Shown piece after piece: positions 16,998-29,911 of a stretch of DNA of 64,000 nt. How positions within the stretch are numbered: the stretch's first letter is position 1; each line of letters opens with the position of its first letter. The stretch lies in NCBI GenBank assembly GCA_012295275.1, contig CM022677.1:15686001-15750000 (forward strand), read 5' to 3'. Made by a program: the position numbers and the translations under genes. This stretch comes from Chrysomallon squamiferum. Lineage: Eukaryota > Animalia > Mollusca. The notes beneath the pieces are model-generated. The model worked only from the letters and a program-made list of their open reading frames with translations, had not been told where the DNA came from and ran no database searches.

Positions 16998-17740
16998 GAC
17001 TCCTACACATACCTTCTCTGTATATTTTTTTTGTTTTCTATTTTTTTCTTTGTCCATAACTATCAACCTCATTCTACTTAACACTCTCTCTTTCTTCTCT
17101 GTATTTTCTTTCTCATTCATTCTTTGTCATTCTATTTGTGTCTGTGTTTGGCATCTCAGAGTATTTGTCATCTGTTGTTGGATTTAGGGTTAGTTGGTGT
17201 TTTTGTTTCTGAGTTTCTGTCTGTCTGTGTATGCGTGTCTCTGTAAATGTACTTGCTAGCTTTTTCTATGTGTGTTTCAGTATGTGTTGTGGTATGTATA
17301 TGAAAGATAATTTTTTTTTTTTTTTCATTTTTATCAAGATGAATCAAATCAAAGTTCTGTTGCAAGTCTGGTGTATGGCATTAATGAAGCTGATGGACTC
17401 ACAAAGAAACTGTCCATAGAGAAATTTACAAACTTGAAGTATATCAATTTAAGAAAAGCAGAACTAAACTCTAGTACTTTTGGACAATTACCTTTGTTGA
17501 CGTCACTGATTCAGCAAGCAACCTTTACCTTAGATGCGTTGAGAACAGCTGGTACAGATGCTGTGAAAGCCATTTCACTTATATTCCTGAGATTGTGTGT
17601 GTATATGTGTGTGTCAGGAATAGTGATAATTGCTACTCAGATAATAGTGTGTGTGTGTATTAGCAATAGTGATAATTGTCACTACTCAGATTATAGTGTA
17701 TGTATATCAGCAATAGTTATAATTGTCACTACTCAGATAG

Positions 17741-17786
<46 letters not shown>

Positions 17787-18294
17787 CAGCAATAGTGATA
17801 ACTGTCACTACTCAGATAGTAGTGTGTGTGTGTGTTAAGAAATATTTGATTATCAATTTATATGTTTAAAAGTTTTGTACAAGGCCTGTTTTATTTAAAT
17901 TTAAGATTGAATCTGCCCTTAGTCTTTGTCTTTACCACCAAGGGACACAAGTCTGAGTTAAAGGGTTTGAATACTGGTGGAAACTGATTATCTTCCTGAT
18001 TAAACTGACAGCACTTGGAGGATATCCTTGTAAACAGTTATAGTTATTTTTTATTTTAACATTTATATGGTTCTTATTTATTTATTAATTTATTTATCTC
18101 TCTCTAGGAATGCTGGGTAATATGATGCACTGGCCAGCCATTCTCACAAATAAAGGAAACAGTCAACTTCTGACACTGCAGCCATGTTGAAAAGTCATGG
18201 TGAGTGATTATATAGTATGTGGTAATAACAGTTCACAGCTATATCTCTATCTGTAATTGTTGTATTCTGTGTATGAAATTATTTTTTTCAATTA

Positions 18295-18336
<42 letters not shown>

Positions 18337-18581
18337 ACATGTAATTTTTGGATAAACAGTTTTAAAAAGTTATTATTATAACTACATTATTTATATTAAC
18401 TTTATTTTCTTTACAAATACATACACTGATTTTATTATATCAAATACACACACACATACTTACAAATGTATTTTGTTTGAATAAAATATATGTATGTATT
18501 TACAAATAAAAGAACAATAAAATAGTTATTAATGTAGTGTTTGTGTGTGTGTTTGTGTCTGTGTCTGTGTCTGTGTCTGTG

Positions 18582-18637
<56 letters not shown>

Positions 18638-20122
18638 ATAAATATAAAATGATTAACATGAAATAACATTTCTCATTATTTAACATGTATAATCTCAACT
18701 TTAGCATCCAGTTTTAATATCAACTTTTACATTAATTTCTAAAACTTTCCTTTCTTTTTAATGTAAAGAACAATATATTTCTTCTCACATATAAACAGTT
18801 GTTAAAATCACACTTTCACTGCAGCTAGCTGATCATCATGCAAGGGCTGTGTATGCTTTCAACCTGTCTGGCAATGCAAGTATTCAGAAACCAGAACCTC
18901 TCTTTGACATGGAGGCAGACTGCACTGTAGAGGAAGTAGTTCTTATGAAGGTGAAGATACTTTTGTCTGCATTTTTTTTTTTTTTTTTTTTATCTGTCTT
19001 AATGAGATTAATTCTATTGTTTGTTCTTGGTTGTTGTTTCTTTTATAATTCTTGATTGTTAATAAATTAAAGTGGCAAGATTATTTTTTTTATATAATGT
19101 TTTCTTCTTCTTTTTGATTTGTTAGTAATCTTATTTTGGATTACTATAATACTGTACTTTTTTATTGTTTACATATTTATCATTATTATTATTATTATTA
19201 TTTTATATATTATTTTATTTGTCTTATTACAATTACTATTAATATTACTATTACTGTTAATATTATCAGTATTAATCTTATTGTAATGTATTACTGTTAT
19301 TATTACTACTACTACTACAACTACTACTTTTGTTTCTACTGCTCCTCCTCCTCTCCTACTACTATTACTGCTATTACTACTGCAACTACTATCACTACTA
19401 CTACTGCTTGAATTTTCCTGAATCCAGTTACTCGTTCAAACAGTGGAATAGCATGAATACTGATGTCTGATTGTGTATCTGTAGACAAGGCTATAGATTG
19501 CTACAACAGAGGAGAGGTATTCCATTTAAATCATCAATGTTTGATTAATTATATATAAATGTCATTTGAGTTACCTACTACTCCCAATCTGTCAGTCACT
19601 CGCTCTTTCTCTGTGTGTGTGTGTTTATTGTTACATCTGCCTAGTCTATTAACTGTATATCTATTTACCAGTATAAGTCTACAATAACATGTCTGTCTGT
19701 CTGTCTGTTGGTCTACATTATCAACCTACCTATCTACCCAATGTCTGCCATTCTCTAAATAAACTTACTTTCTGAATAAATACATCTATGTACCTCTGTA
19801 TACTTTTGTTTTATATTTGTCTGTCTGTCTTTAAGCTGTGACTTTATGTAACTTTGCTTGTTTATCTATATATCTACCTATGTCTATCTAAGTCTATGTA
19901 TGTCTAAACATAGAATCTGTAAATATCTACCTGATTTGACAATTTTTTCTGTAAATATTTCTCCCAACTGTAACATTGTTGCTTAACACTAACAATGATT
20001 ATTATGAATAATTAAAAAAAATGTGTTTATTGTTATCTAGATATTTGGACAACCAGTCATAGTGTCAAGAATTAACATAAAAGTTGATGCTGTTAAAAGT
20101 ACAGAACTGGAGGCAAAGTCAG
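16814..20122 (+). pseudogene. Unprocessed pseudogene of an RRM-domain protein; exons 16814-16882, 17339-17551, 18108-18199, 18825-18950, 19421-19516, 20041-20122 (possible last exon from 21302)
   Basis: Six exons with compatible phases (1/1, 1/1, 1/0, 0/0, 0/0, 0/1). The spliced product contains RNP2-like RAVYAFNLS, then VEEVVLMK|NPVTRSNSGIA*ILMSDCVSVDKAIDCYNRGE|IFGQPVIVSR (RNP1, helix 2, beta 4). It has two in-frame TGA codons, and the acceptor before 19421 is TG instead of AG. Confidence 0.7.
17617..17835. repeat. Four ~40-bp near-palindromic units separated by variable (GT)n
   Basis: GCAATAGTGATAATTGTCACTACTCAGATAGTAG repeated four times with TG spacers of differing length. Confidence 0.85.
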
Positions 20123-22884
20123 GTATAGTGATAATGTCGTAATATTTTTATTTGTCTGATTCTCTTTTTCACTGTCTTCCTTTCTTTCATTGTCTTTCCC
20201 TGTTCACAAAGTGTATTTGCATAATTATTATATCTAGGTTTAAACAAAGTGGTTTGTTTTTGCCTTGATGCACATTGAAAGGCTCACTTATAACAAAAAT
20301 AAATAAATAAATGAAAAATAATAATAAAATAATGGTAACAGATAAAAAAAAAAATTAAAAATTAAAAAATGTATTCTTTCATTTGTAATTATGTGTATTG
20401 GAATCATGTGCTCATAAAATTATGTCAGTTCTTTTTGTGAAATGGACAGGGATGAAAGCTTGTCTTTAAATAACTGAAATTCTGGATAACCTTTGTTTTT
20501 ACAAACTATACGAATGAATGAATGAAAGAATGTCAATTCTACTTCATAGAAAATGATTTTAAAAATGCTCTATAGAACATTTTCTGATACAAAGAATGAT
20601 TTCAACCATACAACTTAACTGATGATTGTTGCCTCTATCCAGTGTTCTGATATAGAACATAATAATGTCTACCATCCTGTTTGTATGATTTTTTAAATAT
20701 TTTCTGATACAGAATAACATGATAAAATATTCTGTTAATTCACACACACTGATACTGATATTTATGTGCTGATAAAATACACAGACCAAAGTTTATAAAG
20801 AAAATCATATTTTTATTAGATTTTTGTTTTCAGTGATCTTTATCTTTGTTGTAGTGTTTTTGATAATATCAGATATTATTTATTAAATTTGTGTTCTGCA
20901 ATGTATGTGTGTGGATATATGTCAGTATGTATGTCGGTATGTCTCTGCATACATGTGTGCCTATATTTGTGTTTGTTTTGGTGTATTTGTGTGTAAGTGT
21001 CAGTATATATGTTGGTACATCTCTTTGTGTGTATGTGTGGGTTTTGCCCAAGTGTGTGTGTGTGTGTATGTTCAAAAGTTCACTCAAATTTTATTTTATT
21101 TTGTTGAATATTGTTGGGTCTTTTGTACTTTTTCTGTTTCACTTGTTTTTTTTATATCTTTCTCTTTGATCATCTTCCTTATTTTTCTCTCTATCATTAT
21201 ACCTTTCTCGCTTTGTCTCTCTTTCTCATTTTTTTAAAATACCATAAAATTCTAAGACTATTGAGAAATTTTATTTGGTAACTGTTTATTTTTTATTTCA
21301 GGCAGTGTTTGTGAGAAAAATAAAAAAATGGAAAGTGTTATATGGTAGAGGAGCAAGAGAACATTTGGGGTATTTTCTCATCACACAAACATGTTAACAC
21401 ACCACACCCTAGCATTAGAATGAACTGTTAAGAATGCAATAAACATCTCTACCAAAAACTTTGAACACATTTTTGTAAACACTGATGTGAAAACAACTGT
21501 GATTTCTTCAAATGTAAATTCTCTTAACCCACTTGATCGCTGACTGTAAATCATAAAACAAAAGACGTGAATTGATATAAGGAACATGTTTTTATTAGTT
21601 TGTGTACATTTCAATACAAATATTTCAGCTAACATTACGGCCGTTTATACGACAAAACTTAGATCGACCGAGATGTTTTGTTGTTTGTTATGAATTTACC
21701 AGTCCTCTGATCAAAAACAATTCTAGGCCTCCGAAAAAGGAAATATTTTATTATAAACGACAATTAATATTAATATTATTTTTTTTCCCCAAAAAATTAA
21801 TGTCCTTCTTATGTACTGAAAAATTATGGTCTTTAATAATAAGTAATTTTATTATTAACAATAATAAGAACATACAGAAACGCAGTGAAGTTCTAGATAC
21901 TATTGTATTGAGATAACTGTGCACCTTTCAGTGTCATATTGTGATGCTTTGTTTTATGACTGCAGTAACATAACAGTTTACATCTCTCTCTACATGAAAT
22001 TACATGATTAATCTAACATTCAAATTTACCAAATTATGTAATTAAGAATATATCAGATTATTTTCTTAAAACACTGAGAAAAGTAAGTTAATATAACTGA
22101 TAATTTCTAATTAAAGTAATTTAAAATTAAAGCAAATATCATGATGTATTATATATATTCAGCTTCGTTTTCATATTCGTTTCTAGATATGTGAACTTTG
22201 ATAAACAACTGAGAATTGACAGGCAAGTCTGCCAAATTTCATAACAATAAATGAATTAACAGTTATTTAAATTGGGAAATTAATAATTAAACTGTAAGGT
22301 ACATCTGAGTTATTTAGTGCAATTAATTAAAATTTGTTAATTTCTGCATCATGCTTTAAAATACTGTTGAGCTTTAGAAATCATCATTTTGATATAAAAC
22401 GTGTATACTGGTTTGAAACTGTATGAGATATTCAGTATTCTGTTTGCCAAATGACTGAAATGAATCTCAGATTTTTCCGCAGATTATGAAGGAAAAATAC
22501 CAAGCAAATTTTATTCAGATAAAAATTCTCCAGTTTTTCATTTTATTTTTATTTTATTTAAATTTTTTTGTCATTATTTTTAAGTTATATAATTTAAAAG
22601 ATAATTATATTTTTGAAAATACTATTACATAGCTGCTAAATATAATTACATAATAATTTAAATGAACAGCAAAATATAACTGATTACTCTGCTGACAGAT
22701 CAGTAAAAATTCAGCAAAATGTTTGCAAAAAAAAAAATTACTCGAGTCTTGTGACAAGATTCCACATCATATTGTTTAATAATTCATTTTCGATTATCTG
22801 CCCTTGAAAATTTTCCATAAAGCAGACGACAAAACATTTTACAAACTAAATTACAAACATATACTCCAAAGTATATAAAGAATA

Positions 22885-23350
22885 CAAAAAAAAAGCAAAA
22901 AACATTTCAAGAAAGTAATATTCTACCATTACCTGTGTATATAAAGAAATCAAATCTTCGTAATTCTTAGAATCTACATTTAACTGAAAAAACATCAATA
23001 ACAAAGACCGCAAATAAAAGAGAAATCGCGCCTCCCCCGAAATAATATATTATATGAAATTATATGAGAGTAGTCTCCCTTCAGCTATAGTTTCTTTCTT
23101 TCTTCTGTTTGTGGGGTTCTCGGTGTCAGTCATTGCACACCACAGAAAATCGCTGATAACGAAACGTCGTATATAGCTGTATAATGAGTAATAAATGTAA
23201 ATGTGTAGGTACGTTCCAGGAATATCATATTATCAATTTTCATACAATATAAACAATATACCGTTATTAATATGGGATAAATAATTAATATATAAACAAT
23301 ACAAATAAATACAGTGGACGCTGTCAAAACCGGATGATTCATTGAGACCA
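22885..23350. repeat. Dispersed duplication of 53983-54413
   Basis: Collinear high similarity from AAAAAAGCAAAAAACATTTCAAGAAAGTAATATTCTACC to CAGTGGACGCTGTCAAAA..GGATGA..CATTGAGACCA. Confidence 0.9.
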
Positions 23351-23779
23351 ACGTTTTCTCTGTGATTTTCTACAGTTGCATGTAACAATCACTACATATG
23401 TGTCTATAGCTAAATACTTTTGTTTACAATGGAAACAAGTGCAAATCTAATAATAATCTTGTTCATCTAGCTGCATATTATAATACAAGAAGCTTGATAT
23501 CATTGTTTGTTAAGCCATCGAAGAAGAGCGATCATTTTATCTCACGCGCTAGTTCAAATTGCCATCAGTGTTTAAGAAATGACAATACTTAGAAAACTGT
23601 GTGCCAGTGCTAATTACTATATAAACTTTTCAGTTGTTGTGAAATTTGCACCCGGAATCATCGAGATTGGATTAGTTTTTGTTCATATCAGGTTACCGAT
23701 AGCTCGATGAAACTTTGAAATGGTGCAGGTTATTCAGAAATCTGTATTAGTCGAAGACTGGTTTTCTCAGAGTCCACTG
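23312..23779. mobile_element. Tc1/mariner (pogo/Tigger-like) MITE
   Basis: Imperfect TIRs CAGTGGACGCTGTCAAAACC and GGTTTTCTCAGAGTCCACTG, flanked by TA at 23310-23311 and 23780-23781. Confidence 0.7.
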
Positions 23780-23792
23780 TATACAGTTAAAC

Positions 23793-23836
<44 letters not shown>

Positions 23837-24047
23837 TCATGTATTCATGACGTAAACAATACATCTGAAATATCCTAGGATAATTTATGCAATGTACAGC
23901 AAGTTACTGACATTTATGATATTCTAATTCTGTAATATAACACATGAAAAAGTAATATACTGAATCGCACTTTACATCAATGCGGGAAATTTTATAAAAT
24001 ATTTTCATTATATATTTTAATTAAGTAAAGTATTTATTAAAATATTT

Positions 24048-24155
<108 letters not shown>

Positions 24156-24927
24156 AGTTTTTAATATAAGAGTACTTGTTTCTTGACCTCATTGTTTAAC
24201 GCAACATATACGTACTGCAATTTACTACTACAATGGACTGTTAATATATATAATTTTTAACTATTGATATTACAAATTTCAGTACATCTCAAAACAGACT
24301 TGTCGACGTTTGGCTGAAATAAGTAGAAACTATCAAGTGTTAGAGTCTGTCACTGATGATATAATAATCATATAATAATAATAATAATTGATAAAGGCGT
24401 TTCCCTCTTTGTTGAAATAATGATGAGATGTTTCATTAAAACAAAATACTTGAATTACGTGAGAGTAAACAGTATACGGACCTAAGAGAAAATTACTTTT
24501 ATTAGAAATTATTATTATAAATAATCACATACAGCATCTTTGATTATTATTTTTTAATAAATAAATAAATAGACACCCATTAAAAATATATCTCCTTTTA
24601 CAGTTAACACGAACAAAGAATACAACAGCAAGCATGTTTATATCGGTTTGTCAGCATTCGTATATTTTTTGTTTGTTCTTGTTATATTCTTATTGTTGCT
24701 GTCGTTGTATCTTATATCTAAAGACAACAAAGTGTAACATTTGCACTGATTCTAAGAAGCTGAAGAAACACAAGCTACAAGACGTAATCATTATATTTTG
24801 AACGAGAGTAATCTTTTTTTTTTTAACATAAATGACTATGGAAAATATTTACAAACCAAAAATTAATCAATAAGCAAGAAACCTCTTTCTAGGACCTGCG
24901 CACATTAAAAGTTACACTGTATTTCAT

Positions 24928-26093
24928 TTATTCTTCTGGATTTGTGGACCATGGCCGCTTGAATTCTTGTCCCTTTTCTAGAATCCAGTACGTGGCCCAT
25001 TTAGAGCCAATCAGAACGGGACAAGCTCCATGAATTGTCATTTTCTTAGGTGAACCATTCCGATATAAATTATACCAAAATATAGCTGCACCTGCTTTAG
25101 GTTGTATTCTTACACCAAGATGAAGAAACACTGTTGCACCTCCTTCTACATCACTGAAAAAATCATGATAGAGAACAATTTTCGGTGAGAAATGCAGAAT
25201 CTCTTCTTTAGCAGGCTTAAGAATTAGAAGCAGATTTTTGATATTGCAATGGTAGCGACATTTCAGACGATGTCGCTGTCGTACTTTAATAACGTCTTCA
25301 CCACGACAGAGAGCATCCAAAGTTGTTTTTTCTTTAACTCTGGCATTTTCTTTTATCTTTTCTTTCCTAAGTTTTGATATACTTAAATACTTTTTCCTTC
25401 TGTTCGGAGCACGTTTTTGTCCACGAGCTAACATTAACTGTTCATTTGTCAAATCTGAAACGTGTTCTATCTCTCCCGCTAATTCTCTACTGTGCATTTT
25501 TTGTTCTTACTTTCTCAAGACTTGTCTCCATCCAGATATGCACATATTTGTATTTTTTCAGTTTGTATGCAAGGCGACCTAATTGAAAACAGTCTTCTGC
25601 TGATAATCTCTGTATATATCGTTCATATATAAAACCTTCTGTTAATCTTGTAGCATTTAATTTGTACTTGTCTTGAAGTGGAAACAGAGCTGCAGCGGCC
25701 CCTTCTAAATCTTAGTAACTTGGAAGATGTTCACGAATTTCTTGTAGTTCAGTTAGCTCTGTCTGGGACGTAATACTTTCGTGAAGAATAGCCTGAGCAT
25801 CTCGTTCCCAATCCAACGTGAAACATTTAATATATAAAAATGTACCAATTGGGTTGGCTTTGTAACGATTTAGATATTTTAGTGCGATCGAACAGTGCTG
25901 TTCCATTTGATCTGAAATTGTTTTCAACTTTTCCATTTTAATTCTTTCTTCATAAACATAGACTGAAATTTCTTAATGCTGTTCCCAAGTCTCTTCCTGC
26001 TAGTACAGAGCTGTAGAGATGTGATACAGATGTAAATAGTTCTGAATTCACAGCTGATAAAAGCAAAACTAAAATAGTGTACTGCAGATACAT
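24928..26093 (-). pseudogene. P4HA: Prolyl 4-hydroxylase alpha subunit, intronless start-to-stop pseudogene with internal deletion
   Basis: Signal peptide MYLQYTILVLLLSAVNSELFTSVSHL; P4Ha_N region NPIGTFLYIKCFTLDW and HLPSY*DLEGAAAALFPLQDKYKL; TPR-like LSAEDCFQLGRLAY; ALCRGE..LKCRY..LKPAKEEILHFSPKIVLYHDFFSD fused directly to VEGGATVF...HGACPVLIGSKW..GQEFKRPW. Stops and frameshifts are present and there are no introns. Confidence 0.93.
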
Positions 26094-26340
26094 ATTTGAA
26101 GGTATCTACTACTGATATGAATTCTAAATATCTGGTATAAAAATAGAGTTATGATGATTTAATTCTAAATATATGTCAGTTTAAATTTCGCAGACAAAGT
26201 GTGGTGGGGCGGATAAAACGATATGTTTCATTACTTTATTTTTCATTTTATTTGTTTATTTTATTTATTTTATTATTTTTACTTTTTCTTATTAGCTGTA
26301 CCTTAGTTTTTGTCTTTGAGTTTATGTGTGTATGTGTGAG

Positions 26341-26406
<66 letters not shown>

Positions 26407-26621
26407 CTGTTGGTGTGTTATGTTTCTGTTATCCTTTGATTATTTGTATGTACCTATTTTTCTATTTGTCTGACTGTCTGTCTACGTATAGTATGGAAAT
26501 TATAGAATAAAGTAACATAGAGACAAAAAAAAAAAAAAAAAAAAAAAAAAGACACTCCTCATGAAAACACGAAAAAAAAAAAAAAAAAACCAATTTAAAA
26601 TGTGCATTACAACTGTTATTT

Positions 26622-26718
26622 AGAAGTGGCGCACCTCTCAATTTATGAAGATTTAGAAGGATTGTCTGCAGTTCTGTTTCTTCTTCAAAATACCTACAAG
26701 TTAGATGTCACTACTTAT
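26622..26718 (+). pseudogene. P4HA: Third P4HA fragment (N-terminal domain), opposite strand
   Basis: HLSIYEDLEGLSAVLFLLQNTYKLDVT aligns with HLPSY*DLEGAAAALFPLQDKYKLNAT of the adjacent copy. Confidence 0.75.
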
Positions 26719-26967
26719 CAATCGTGTATCCAAACTGGCCATGTTAAAACATTTTATGTCATTTCTATTTTTTATTATGTTATTACAATATTTTTATTCT
26801 TGAATTTTATTTTATGAATGTGTTTGAATAAATGTCAGTTTTAATAGATACAAAATGTTTTTTATACAAAAATCATTAAACTTTATTTCATTTCCATTTT
26901 TATTTTTATTTTTCATTCTTTCTCTCTGTAGACGACTATATTCTGTGAATCATGAAGAATCACCTCT

Positions 26968-27311
26968 TAAGTAAATAAATACAGTACAGTAACGTGATAT
27001 TAGCACCTACTAAGTAAATAAATACTGTGCAGTAACGTGATATTAGCAAACATTAAGTAAATAAATACTTACAGTAACGTGATATTAGCAGTATTAAGTA
27101 CATAAATACTATACTGTAATGTGATATTAGCAGTATTAAGTAAATAAATACTGTACAGTAATGCGATATTAGCAGTATTAAGTAAATAAATACTGAACAG
27201 AAAAAATGATATTAGCAGTATTAAGTAAATAAATACTGTACAGTAACATGATATTAGTAGACATTAAGTAAATACATACTGTTCAGTAACGTGATATTAG
27301 CACTACTAAGG
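26968..27311. repeat. 42-bp tandem minisatellite (about 8 units)
   Basis: Unit TAAGTAAATAAATACTGTACAGTAACGTGATATTAGCAGTAT. Confidence 0.95.
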
Positions 27312-28250
27312 TAGTATATTAACCAAGACGTTAAGAACAATCCTGGAACGACGTCGACATTAGTAGAAATCACAATAATATGTTTGAAGAGGTGAATCGC
27401 CCGCTCAGAAAGTTATTATCCTGGACCGACGGAATTGACGCCTCATTAATAGAAATAGTAATGATAGTTTTTAATAAAGGACGGGCACAGTCACAAAATA
27501 AGAATAATAGCGAATAAAAAGAAGAATAATGAAGTGTTAAGAACAATCCTGGAACGACGGCAATGACGGCCTCAGTAATAGAAATATTAATGATATTTTT
27601 TTGACGTAGGATGTGGACACTAATTGCAATATTTAATAAAAGGCAAAATAATTTATTTTGTTCAGACAATGCTTTCAGACGTAGATCAAACATTGGTAAA
27701 TTCCTGCGCAATAATAAGCAACTTTTGTAGTGTGAGTTGTAAGCTTTGTGTTTTATTTGGTGCATTCATATAAATAAACAGAAGAAAGAAAAAGTAGGGT
27801 AAAAAAAATAAAAACACCGTTTATTTGAAGTTTACGGTCAACGATTGGCTAATAATAAGATAAAAAAAAAAAAAAAAAAAAATATATATAAATAAATAAA
27901 TAAAATAAATATATTTTAATAAAGATTGTTATGTTCCTTTATTTTATTTTATTTGTTTTGAACATTATTTAATTTTTGTTTTATTTATTTATTTATTTTC
28001 TTTGGGATTGTATATGCGGAAAAATGCGGGATAATTGTCGGTCTTTACGGATTTACTATTTTATTTGATGTTCGAAGAATTTTCTACAGAATTGGTGTAA
28101 TCGCATTTAAAAAGTTGCTTAAAGTATTTCATTTTGTGACGGAGACAGGTATTACTATTTATTATTATAAATGTTAATGTGTTTGGATTTTTTCGTTTTA
28201 TTTAATTATAATTTAAAAGTCATAGACGCCTGATTGGGAACAATGTTTTT

Positions 28251-28281
<31 letters not shown>

Positions 28282-28743
28282 GTTAATAATAACATTCACC
28301 AGTGGTTTTTTTACTAATGTGAAAAGCGTAAACAACGTCATATAAAGAAGAAATCATGTTTAATTTTGTTTTACCAATCAGCCTATCGGGGGCAAATTTA
28401 AGAAATACATAACCAGGTTATTTCATATGTAGACACTGTAAAATATTAATAAAATTTTTTGTTATAATAACATTTAACACACACCCATAAACACACACAA
28501 ATAATTTGTTATCCTGTTCTTTGTTTCCCTTCTTTTCTTAATGGTCAATTTTAATTTACTTATTTACATTTTGTTTTGATTTGTTGTAATTCCTTCTTTT
28601 TCATCTTCTTATTATTACTACTACTTTTTATTATTATTATTATGTTTTATATTTATTATTATTATTTTTATAATCTTTATTATTACTATCCATTTTATTT
28701 TTCATATCATTACTAATAATTGTTTATTTTTGATGTTTTCCAG

Positions 28744-29300
28744 GTCATTTGGAGAAAATGTTCCAAATGAATTTAAAGAATGTTTATATGAGAAATCAGG
28801 TGAGTGAAATATTTTATCAATTCTCATCCAGCTACACAATCATTGACCAGAACCACTGTGTAGAGTGCAAGTGCTGCTGGAATATCTATAATATGGATAT
28901 ATCGATGGTTTACATTCAGCATGGACAGGAACAAGAAGGAAAAGGGAGAGCGCCATTGAAGTCTGCTTTTTTGGGAAAACAAGCTGATGCTGGTAAAAAC
29001 ACTTCATCTGCTATGCTGCAAAACACAAAACTAGGCAGATGACTGTGATGGCTCTGCATGTCAGTGGCAAAGACAACAGCCAGAAAGTTGAGCAGCAGGT
29101 AACATCTGAGCTTGCCGCTCTGAGAATGAAGCTGGATGAGAAGATAAAGAAAAGAGAGAGAAGAAAACAAAGGCTGTAGCTGCAGCAGAACAAGGTGAGA
29201 CTCAGGAAGGCAACATTCATGAGAGTGATGTCTCGCCACATTGATAGTTCGAAGGACCGAGCTAGTACTGTACCTGATTCAGACAACACAATTCCAAGTT
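28744..29300 (+). pseudogene. CAMSAP: CAMSAP/Patronin pseudo-exon (N-terminal piece fused to the central coiled-coil piece)
   Basis: Bounded by ttttccag and gtaagt. It reads SFGENVPNEFKECLYEK (cf. AYGxNVPEELREPFY), then VYIQHG...LKSAF...KNTSSAMLQNT (cf. KTSFAALPNTTTW) and VTSELAALRMKLDEKIKKRERRKQRL*LQQNKVRLRKATFMRVM (cf. SEL..L.MQLEEKRRAIE..KKKME....QRL.LGKAAFLHVV). Stops and frameshifts are present. Confidence 0.65.
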
Positions 29301-29876
29301 GTAAGTTTTTTATCTTATTTTTATTTCTTAGCAAATAAAATAAGTTTTATAGTAACAACTCTTTACTGATTGTAAAATAGCATAATAATAATCATTTGTT
29401 TGCTATTGTTTTGTTGATTATTTAAATTAGTATCATTATTATCATTATCATTATAATGATTATACAAAATATATCAAAAATATCCCACACCCCTTTCTGT
29501 CTGAATAATCCAGCAACTGATAACAGTAAAATTTAAATAATAACAGAAACATTAGTTATTTATTTTTAACAGTTTATTATTTTTATTATTTTATTTGTAT
29601 ATTTTTATTTTCAGAATACACATACAGCTGTAATTGATGCGCTGATGTTTGTTAGTGAAGTTGTTTCAGTAGAAGGTGCTGTCCAGTACTGAGGATAAAT
29701 CTCTCTCTCTCTCTCTCTCGCTCTCTCACTCTCTCTCGTATTTTAGTAATAGGAGTATTATGTTAATAACAGTAACCCTAGTTGAATAAGGAATAATAGT
29801 AAATATTAGTTACAGTAATGATGGTAATAAAAGTAGCATGTTGTGTTGCAGTAAATGTTACAGTAAATGGCAGTAT

Positions 29877-29911
<35 letters not shown>

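Noticed and set aside
18108-19516. Two in-frame TGA codons as possible selenocysteine or readthrough
   Set aside because: One falls at the aromatic RNP1 position (TGG to TGA is simpler), an acceptor is also mutated, and no SECIS was recognised.
24812-24824. T-run as the poly(A) tail of the P4HA retrocopy
   Set aside because: The paralogous copy at 9.3 kb has different, longer sequence at this position, and homopolymers are common throughout the window.
26968-27311. CRISPR-like regular repeats (also 17617-17835, 48866-52541, 57172-58350)
   Set aside because: Units are contiguous or separated only by microsatellite. There are no unique spacers and no cas genes, and the context is eukaryotic.
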